Shown here: in pieces, positions 58,901-64,000 of the stretch
How positions within the stretch are numbered: the first letter of the stretch is position 1
Layout of the letters: the number at the start of each line of letters is the position of its first letter
NCBI GenBank assembly: GCA_964457775.1
Contig: CAYWEW010000006.1
Location: 10,805-74,804 of the forward strand
Length of the DNA stretch: 64,000 bases
Direction of reading: 5' to 3'
Source: an uncultured Candidatus Saccharibacteria bacterium
Lineage (GTDB): Bacteria > Patescibacteriota > Minisyncoccia > Phycocordibacterales > UBA5272
Notes under the pieces: model-generated
Told to the model about the DNA's origin: nothing
Databases searched by the model: none
The model's input: only the letters and a program-made list of their open reading frames with translations
Translations under genes and position numbers: made by a program

Positions 58901-61900
58901 TAAGTTCAAAAAAGTTCCATCCCAAGACATTCCATTTGCAGGAGAAGAAGCAAATGAGTATGATGGAAGTGAATTAGATCCATTAGGTACAAGAATTTGA
59001 CCACTTCCAATTGTAAGTGATCCTGCTGGCGTTGATGACCCTATGCCTACATTCCCATTCGCGAGAATAGAGAAAAGTGATGAACCGGATGAAGAAGCTA
59101 CTTCGAATGGATTCGTAGAACCTCTACCACGTAATGTGAGTGTCGCTCCTGGTGTAGTAGTTCCGATACCTACATTCACTGCATCTGTTGAAGTACCTCC
59201 TAATATGATTGCGTTTGACATACCGACACGAGCGTCTTTACCTATTGCCCAGGCGTTAGTAAGAGCAGATGTTGATGCTACTGTTTCTGCACGAGAGGCT
59301 TGATAGCCAATGAAGCCAGAATAAGAATCGATGACAGAGCGTTGGTCTACAGTTATTCCATCTCCTCGACCGGATTGATGACCAAAAGCAATATTATAGC
59401 TTCCTCCACTATTATAATTTAAACTACTATAACCTTGAGCAAGATTGAACGATCCTGATATGTTTCCAGAAAGAGCACCCACCCCTTGTGCGATATTATA
59501 TTGACCGGATACATTTGAATAAAGAGCACTACCACCTAATGCAATGTTATTACTACCAGTCATACGATTGGTACTGTTTCCATACATTGCCTGGTAACCA
59601 ATCGCTGTGTTAAAGGATGCTGTAGAACTGTTTTGAAGTGCTAAATTTCCTATCGCGACGTTCCATGATCCAGTAGTGTTTAAATTAAGAGCGTTCGCAC
59701 CTTGTGCAATATTATTTGAACCTGTTGTATTCGAATAAAGAGCACTATTTCCAACTGCAAAGTTATCACCTCCTGACATAAGATCGGTACTACTACCATA
59801 CATTGCTTGATATCCAATTGCTGTGTTATTTGATGCAGTAGAACTGTAACGAAGTGCTTGATAACCTTGAGCAAGATTATAATTACCTGTTGTATTTGAG
59901 TAAAGAGAGAAAAACCCATGCGCAGTGTTACCTACTCCAGTTATATTAGATGAGAGTGCTGAGTTTCCAGCTGCAAAGTTATTCCCACCTGTCATAAGGT
60001 TTGTTGTACTGCCAAACATTGCTGAAGATCCAATTGCTATATTATTAGACGCTGTAGAACTGTACATAATAGCACTAGCACCTAATGCAACATTACTTGC
60101 GCCTGTAGTATTGGAATAAAGAGCACTATACCCTTGCGCAATGTTATATTGACCAGATGTATTTGAGTAGAGAGCGCTATCACCGACAGCAAAGTTACCA
60201 TTACCTGTCATGAAGGATGTACTAGAGCCATAAAGAGCGTTTCTTCCTAGTGCGATATTAAAAAGAAATACTGATGAAGTGCTTATATTTGTTAATGCCC
60301 CATTACCAACCGCAATAGAATTTGATGGTGCAACAGTAGATGAAGGTCCACCATTAATAAATACATTTGCAGAAGTAGAGGTACCGAGGACAAGACCACC
60401 AAGTGAGTTAACAGTAAGGAGGTTGTGTCCGGTAGATGATGCTACGGTGAATGGATTCACCCCATCTCGACCTTGAACAGAGAGAGTTGCAATTGGGGTG
60501 GACGAACCGACCCCTACATTTCCATTTGCGAGAATAGTGAATAGTGTAGCACCAGATGAGGATGCGACTGTTAGTAAATTCTTAGTAGTAGTACCTTGTA
60601 TAAAGAGTGACGAATCCCCTGTTGATGTTCCGATATTAAGTCTATTGTTTCCCGCGTCTGCAAAGAGTAGTGGGTATGTAGAGGTGCCTACGGTTAAATT
60701 GCCGTAAACTGATGAATTATTATGTGACTGGAAACCATTTGATATGGTTAATCCACCCGCAAGAGAAAGACTTCCTTGTGTTGTTATATCATTACGCACA
60801 TGAAGATTGCCTGTCTCAAGAGAATGTACTAAAGCTGAAGTGGTTTCTAATCCCCCTATATCATAAGTTAACATCGTACTAGTCAAATAATTTACTACAT
60901 ATAAATACTTACCAGAGATAGACACCTTAGTAGGAGAATCACCTGTTTGATGATATGAAATAACCCTAGGCGAAGCAGGGTTAGATATATCAACAACCGA
61001 AACACCTCCTGGATTACTTTCAGTAGTAACATATGCATATCTTCCAGAAACAACAACATGAGCAGCATTATTAATACTTACACTTGAAGTAGCGACTGGC
61101 ACTGATGGATTTGATATGTCAATCACAGACAAAGTGTTACTTCCTTTGTTTGCCACATACGCATACCTTCCAGAGACAGCAACAGAACTTGGATTAGACC
61201 CGACAGGTGTCGTGCTTGCGATTGTAGGTTTTGTCGGATTAGAAATATCAATAATAGATAATGTGCTACTACTATAATTAGTAACATATGCATATTTCCC
61301 TGACACATCAACAGAGTTTGGGTTAGTTCCTGTTGTTATTGTAGACACAACACTCAACGAACTCGGATTAGAAATATCAATAATAGACATTGATCTATTA
61401 TCATAATTAGCAACATACGCATACCCACCAGAAATATCTATTGATGTGGGACCCATTCCTGCTGTAGAAAATATCGAGACAGCTGAAAGTGATTTTGGTT
61501 TAGAAATATCAATAACAGTTATATTGTTACTTGAATACGCTGTCACATATGCATATGAACCTGCGATTGCGATAGAGGCAGGTGTCTGAATATTACCACT
61601 TGCATATGTAGAAAGTAACACCGACAAAGAAGGAACCGAAACATCATACCCAGAAAAACTACAACAATTAGAATAAGTAACATACGCATAATTACCTACA
61701 GTAAATACCGCTCTAGGGTTACTTCCTACTGCAGTCGTTGACACCAGTCTCATTCCGATAGTGCTCGTTGCTATATTCTGAATATTTCCATAAACATCTA
61801 ATGCTATTGGAGAAGATGATGACATTGCTATAAATGTCGACGTACCATGTACTGTGAGTTTTGAATTATTTGCTTGAGTTGAAGTACCAATCAAAGTGCC

Positions 61901-64000
61901 TCCATTCGCAAGCACTTTGAATAATGACGATGTTGCACCACCTGCTGATGTAGTAGATGCAATATCAAAGAGTGAGGAGGTGCCTCCGAACGATGATTGG
62001 ACAGAGAACTTAGCAGATGGTGTGGTTGTACCAATCCCGACATTTCCATTTACAACATCGAGTACCATAGTACCTAGTGTTTGATAATTTGCCCCACCAA
62101 GATAAACCTTGTCATCACTACCCACACGGAGTACTCCAAGATAACTATTATTAGCATTATTTGGTGCTATTATCGCCTTATTATTTGGAATAACGATTTC
62201 ATTTCCTTGGAAAGCACTACCTGAATTGCTGAGAAGGTCTACACCAAGAGAAATTGCTCTACCGCTTGTCAGTGATCCAAGTTGTGTGACGGAGTATGCA
62301 CCAGAACTAGAACCATATCCGAAATAACTTGACTTGATCAAATCAACACCACCAACAGCAGATATCCAAGTACTAGTAGAGATTGTTATCGCACCTGTTT
62401 GGGAAACATTGAATAGTGACACTCCTGTTGACGAAGCCACATTAAATGGATTAACCCCTACTCTTCCTTGTACATTAAATGAGTAAGAAGATGAAGTTGC
62501 ATTAATACCCGCTACTGTACCATTGTCTAAGAGTGATGATGTTCCTAGTGTTGTAGATGTGAGCCAACGAGTAGCGAATCCTAATTCTCCTCCTGTTACA
62601 CCTGCACCAATACCTCCTTGTATACCGAGAGATGACGTAGATACCCAGAGTGTAGATGTACCTGTTGACCAGAGTAGTTGACCGAGTGTGCCAGCAGTAT
62701 TGACAGAATCCATGAAGTTACCAGTGAGACGGAGGCCTCCTTGGACTTGGAGTTTTTGGGATGGGGTCGTCGTTCCAATACCAATATTGCCATTCGGGAA
62801 GTTTACAGAAGTTATTGCAGTAGATCCTGGCGTACGATAAATTTCAACAGCAGAAACTGGATTAGCTTTTGAATCATCAACAGTTTCAAGCGCCCAGAGA
62901 TCATTTGAATTTATTCTTGCACGCCAATACTTAGAGCCGGGAGTAGTATCCGGTCGGTACCAGTAAATTGAGGGTGAATAAGCACCTGGGCCTTCTATTG
63001 TTAGACCAACATTTTGTACATTTACATGAAGTGGAGATAGAGGTGTCGTCACCCCAATCCCCACATACCCACTTGTATTCCAAATACCAGATCCAGGGAA
63101 GTATGTATTACCAGTTACAGTTAATCCACCCGTAGTAGAAGCATTAGTAAGTGTAGTCTTACCAGAGACATCTAAAGTAGCAGAGAAGTTAGCAGAGGTA
63201 CCTGAGAATGTTCCCCCAGTAAAGGATGTTCCTGTAATAGCTCCTAGGTTAGCAAGTGTTGAATAGAGTGTGGTAGCAGTTAAAGCAGTAGATGAAGCAA
63301 GCGTAGATGATGCATATGTTGTAGTGATTCTGTTTGCTGTGATATCTCCTGTGGTAGTAAGGGTTCCTACGGTGAGATTTGATGTGGAAGCTGTAGTAGC
63401 AGAGAGGTTAGAGATCGTAGTAGTAGCAAGTGATACTGTGCCTGTTGCTGTAAGATTCCCTGTTGTAAGAGCGAGGAAGTTAGGAGATGCACTAACTGAA
63501 AGTACATTCCCGGCCCATGAGAGATTAGTGCCGGACGATATACGTGATGATGGTGTTGTGTAGAAGGTAAAGAGGTTAGAAGTAGAAGCAGTGAGAGGGA
63601 TAGAATAATTTAATGATGGTGCAACAGAGAATGTATGAGTACCTCCTCCTACGTTAGTTGATACAAATATATCAAGACCTGTTCCATTTGTTGTTGTAGC
63701 AAATGTTTGAGCGCCAACAGAGCCATTAAGAGAAGCAACAACACCAGAAGCACCAGCGTCAGTTCCACATGAGAATTGTCCTGTGGTAGTACTGTAGAGT
63801 AGTTTTTGTGTAGTAAGGTCACACGCAATGAGACCTGCACCTTTAAGTGTAGAACTGAAGTATCCATTGGTAGTAGTGGAGTTAATAAAGTCTGTTGAGG
63901 TAGCGTAAATACTGTTAGTGGTAATTGTTGTTGCAGTAGCATTAGTAGCTGTGAGATTGGTTGAGTTTAGAGTAGTAACTGTTGATGAAGAAGAGAATAG
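55952..64000 (-). CDS. giant tail-fibre-like surface protein (more than 2680 aa, 5' end outside the window) with Hep_Hag-like repeats and an internal peptidase-S74 intramolecular-chaperone domain
   Basis: The frame upstream of the ORF-track start (63064) stays open to position 64000. NxAxGxxAL..NTTG repeats are present. S74 signature: SDERLKQNI...LRPVTFNW...HTGFIAQEVQ...GVDY..L (SDERLK lies on the minus strand at about 57486-57503). Confidence 0.8.
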   Translation of the reverse strand, partial: LFSSSSTVTTLNSTNLTATNATATTITTNSIYATSTDFINSTTTNGYFSSTLKGAGLIACDLTTQKLLYSTTTGQFSCGTDAGASGVVASLNGSVGAQTFATTTNGTGLDIFVSTNVGGGTHTFSVAPSLNYSIPLTASTSNLFTFYTTPSSRISSGTNLSWAGNVLSVSASPNFLALTTGNLTATGTVSLATTTISNLSATTASTSNLTVGTLTTTGDITANRITTTYASSTLASSTALTATTLYSTLANLGAITGTSFTGGTFSGTSANFSATLDVSGKTTLTNASTTGGLTVTGNTYFPGSGIWNTSGYVGIGVTTPLSPLHVNVQNVGLTIEGPGAYSPSIYWYRPDTTPGSKYWRARINSNDLWALETVDDSKANPVSAVEIYRTPGSTAITSVNFPNGNIGIGTTTPSQKLQVQGGLRLTGNFMDSVNTAGTLGQLLWSTGTSTLWVSTSSLGIQGGIGAGVTGGELGFATRWLTSTTLGTSSLLDNGTVAGINATSSSYSFNVQGRVGVNPFNVASSTGVSLFNVSQTGAITISTSTWISAVGGVDLIKSSYFGYGSSSGAYSVTQLGSLTSGRAISLGVDLLSNSGSAFQGNEIVIPNNKAIIAPNNANNSYLGVLRVGSDDKVYLGGANYQTLGTMVLDVVNGNVGIGTTTPSAKFSVQSSFGGTSSLFDIASTTSAGGATSSLFKVLANGGTLIGTSTQANNSKLTVHGTSTFIAMSSSSPIALDVYGNIQNIATSTIGMRLVSTTAVGSNPRAVFTVGNYAYVTYSNCCSFSGYDVSVPSLSVLLSTYASGNIQTPASIAIAGSYAYVTAYSSNNITVIDISKPKSLSAVSIFSTAGMGPTSIDISGGYAYVANYDNRSMSIIDISNPSSLSVVSTITTGTNPNSVDVSGKYAYVTNYSSSTLSIIDISNPTKPTIASTTPVGSNPSSVAVSGRYAYVANKGSNTLSVIDISNPSVPVATSSVSINNAAHVVVSGRYAYVTTESNPGGVSVVDISNPASPRVISYHQTGDSPTKVSISGKYLYVVNYLTSTMLTYDIGGLETTSALVHSLETGNLHVRNDITTQGSLSLAGGLTISNGFQSHNNSSVYGNLTVGTSTYPLLFADAGNNRLNIGTSTGDSSLFIQGTTTKNLLTVASSSGATLFTILANGNVGVGSSTPIATLSVQGRDGVNPFTVASSTGHNLLTVNSLGGLVLGTSTSANVFINGGPSSTVAPSNSIAVGNGALTNISTSSVFLFNIALGRNALYGSSTSFMTGNGNFAVGDSALYSNTSGQYNIAQGYSALYSNTTGASNVALGASAIMYSSTASNNIAIGSSAMFGSTTNLMTGGNNFAAGNSALSSNITGVGNTAHGFFSLYSNTTGNYNLAQGYQALRYSSTASNNTAIGYQAMYGSSTDLMSGGDNFAVGNSALYSNTTGSNNIAQGANALNLNTTGSWNVAIGNLALQNSSTASFNTAIGYQAMYGNSTNRMTGSNNIALGGSALYSNVSGQYNIAQGVGALSGNISGSFNLAQGYSSLNYNSGGSYNIAFGHQSGRGDGITVDQRSVIDSYSGFIGYQASRAETVASTSALTNAWAIGKDARVGMSNAIILGGTSTDAVNVGIGTTTPGATLTLRGRGSTNPFEVASSSGSSLFSILANGNVGIGSSTPAGSLTIGSGQILVPNGSNSLPSYSFASSPANGMSWDGTFLNLSSNSAISLSQSATEYLRVVLQVGVMQPGSAGSPALYFNDSNLGLFRAAANELGLTVSSIENTRWKAGEVRFSKGVDDAVPYAINSRKSRGTVTSPTAITSGDALLNINSYGYVGATNQYVQATGIVSSSTGTISDSATGIGGMLTFQTRSVGGSITDRMTITSNGNVGIGSSTPNYLLSVSGTFGVTGTSTLATTTATTLMFGTTTPFSLAKMFFDTSVNNAIDGATTSIAGIHGNFTFNPSAGGVQVGNRFVVNNIPTSVANTAVGQIIRTIDNTALSNTVRGIEVVSDAGTNSYGINTGIRTSGHTFGIQAFTTGLGGELSAPAALYGENTGTTDGDILRLYSSTVTTAPYLAQIYQEISSYTGTALYMDIGANGGSFSGKFADFQKNDITKFAINNDGKTSIGTSSATSMLNVQSTSGLSPLNISSSTGVSMFSIASTGNVTIVGSGTTCTIGSGTGATNCTSDERLKQNITNLSSSILSNVMNLRPVTFNWNGVSGRNQTSTHTGFIAQEVQSLFPDSVGTVYNDETLGDVYGVDYASLVVPTIKALQELNLNVLQASSSLFILTNTVNNNNEVASSSIYALANIVTSNYAEASSTFASMLSVINASTTNLQSQISSINSVINTSNATSGAMTITSLGLVGIGNDGTQIGDEIMRVSGRIRATGFDIDSAADIAEVFKSSESLDAGTVVSFSSSTYAWNPHGSSVTTGTSYDMSGIKSAEGGDDILGIVTTNAGIILGATFSSSTEGYSIPVALTGRVPVKVTNENGIIKKGDYLTLSTTTEGYATKQITSGRVLGRALSDAVDSSSTSTVLVLIENTNRTVTVSNLAGLEEITYATSTDSTPTSITSTITSALANGIEVINSFIAVKVTAVVAYIDTIFAKNVYAEEKVCVGSTCVTEEQLKSLLNNNVNVNQGTGTTTNILIQEPVVAGDANSTTTETVTSSSSEVVTDGADTWTTTEQVLPETTTPTTESTSTTP

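Noticed and set aside
63270-63942. ORFs 63270..63563 (plus) and 63649..63942 (minus) as separate genes
   Set aside because: The giant-protein reading frame continues without stops from 63064 to the window edge. These are alternative-frame artefacts in low-complexity T/S-rich coding sequence.
1-64000. CRISPR array, integrase, transposase or IS element
   Set aside because: No regularly spaced identical repeats with unique spacers, and no recombinase-like ORF, were found. The island repeats are promoter and terminator modules, not CRISPR repeats.
1-64000. Alternative genetic code (UGA=Gly, code 25) as in Gracilibacteria/Absconditabacteria
   Set aside because: Conserved genes (rpoC, dnaG, rpoD, mreB, frr) have expected lengths and end at TAA/TAG/TGA under the standard code with no premature TGA problems.

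Overview
The window comes from a low-GC (about 35%) compact bacterial genome that uses standard translation. Inference: a reduced-genome lineage such as the Candidate Phyla Radiation (Patescibacteria), suggested by the short ProRS, the Lys-rich sigma-factor tail, giant surface proteins and a type IV pilin.

Left half (1-27.7 kb): housekeeping genes. These are the rpoB 3' end, rpoC, dnaG, rpoD, an RRM RNA-binding protein, an ABC-F ATPase, a DHH phosphoesterase, and an operon with a sensor histidine kinase, a snapalysin-like secreted metalloprotease and a 1270-aa surface protein. Also here are an SPFH protein, an ABC transporter pair, a tandem-HTH regulator and an SRPBCC protein.

Middle (about 27.8-34.0 kb): the most unusual part of the window, beginning one promoter away from the 3' end of tRNA-Asn(GTT). 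It is an array of at least 13 tiny transcription units, mostly on the minus strand. Each unit has a near-consensus sigma70 promoter (TTGACA-N17-TATAAT-like) and its own intrinsic terminator. Most share a conserved initial transcribed motif (TTTTGTTCTTT) after the -10. Six promoters are preceded by a conserved ~68-nt element with dyad symmetry centred near -63. Two carry a 12-6-12 perfect palindromic operator overlapping the -10, with compensatory base changes between copies. Products are small proteins: zinc ribbons, an HD-GYP protein, Cys/Gly-rich peptides and a type IV pilin. Two of the genes are strongly GC-enriched. An inverted copy of the tRNA 3' end, interrupted by a 24-nt palindrome, lies about 560 bp from the tRNA and brackets the pilin unit. 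I propose this as an undescribed modular 'small-protein cassette island' with shared cis-regulation.

Right half (34-64 kb): hpf, a cyclophilin PPIase, fmt-def, priA, mreB, holB-like, frr, a hybrid PAS histidine kinase, RseP and proS. It ends with two tandem giant surface-protein genes of 2513 aa and more than 2680 aa, the second truncated by the window edge. One has a 2.4-kb internal module duplication, poly-Gly tracts and a C-terminal peptidoglycan-binding domain. The other is built of Hep_Hag-like/tail-fiber-like repeats and has an internal peptidase-S74 intramolecular-chaperone domain. No CRISPR array, integrase or transposase was seen.
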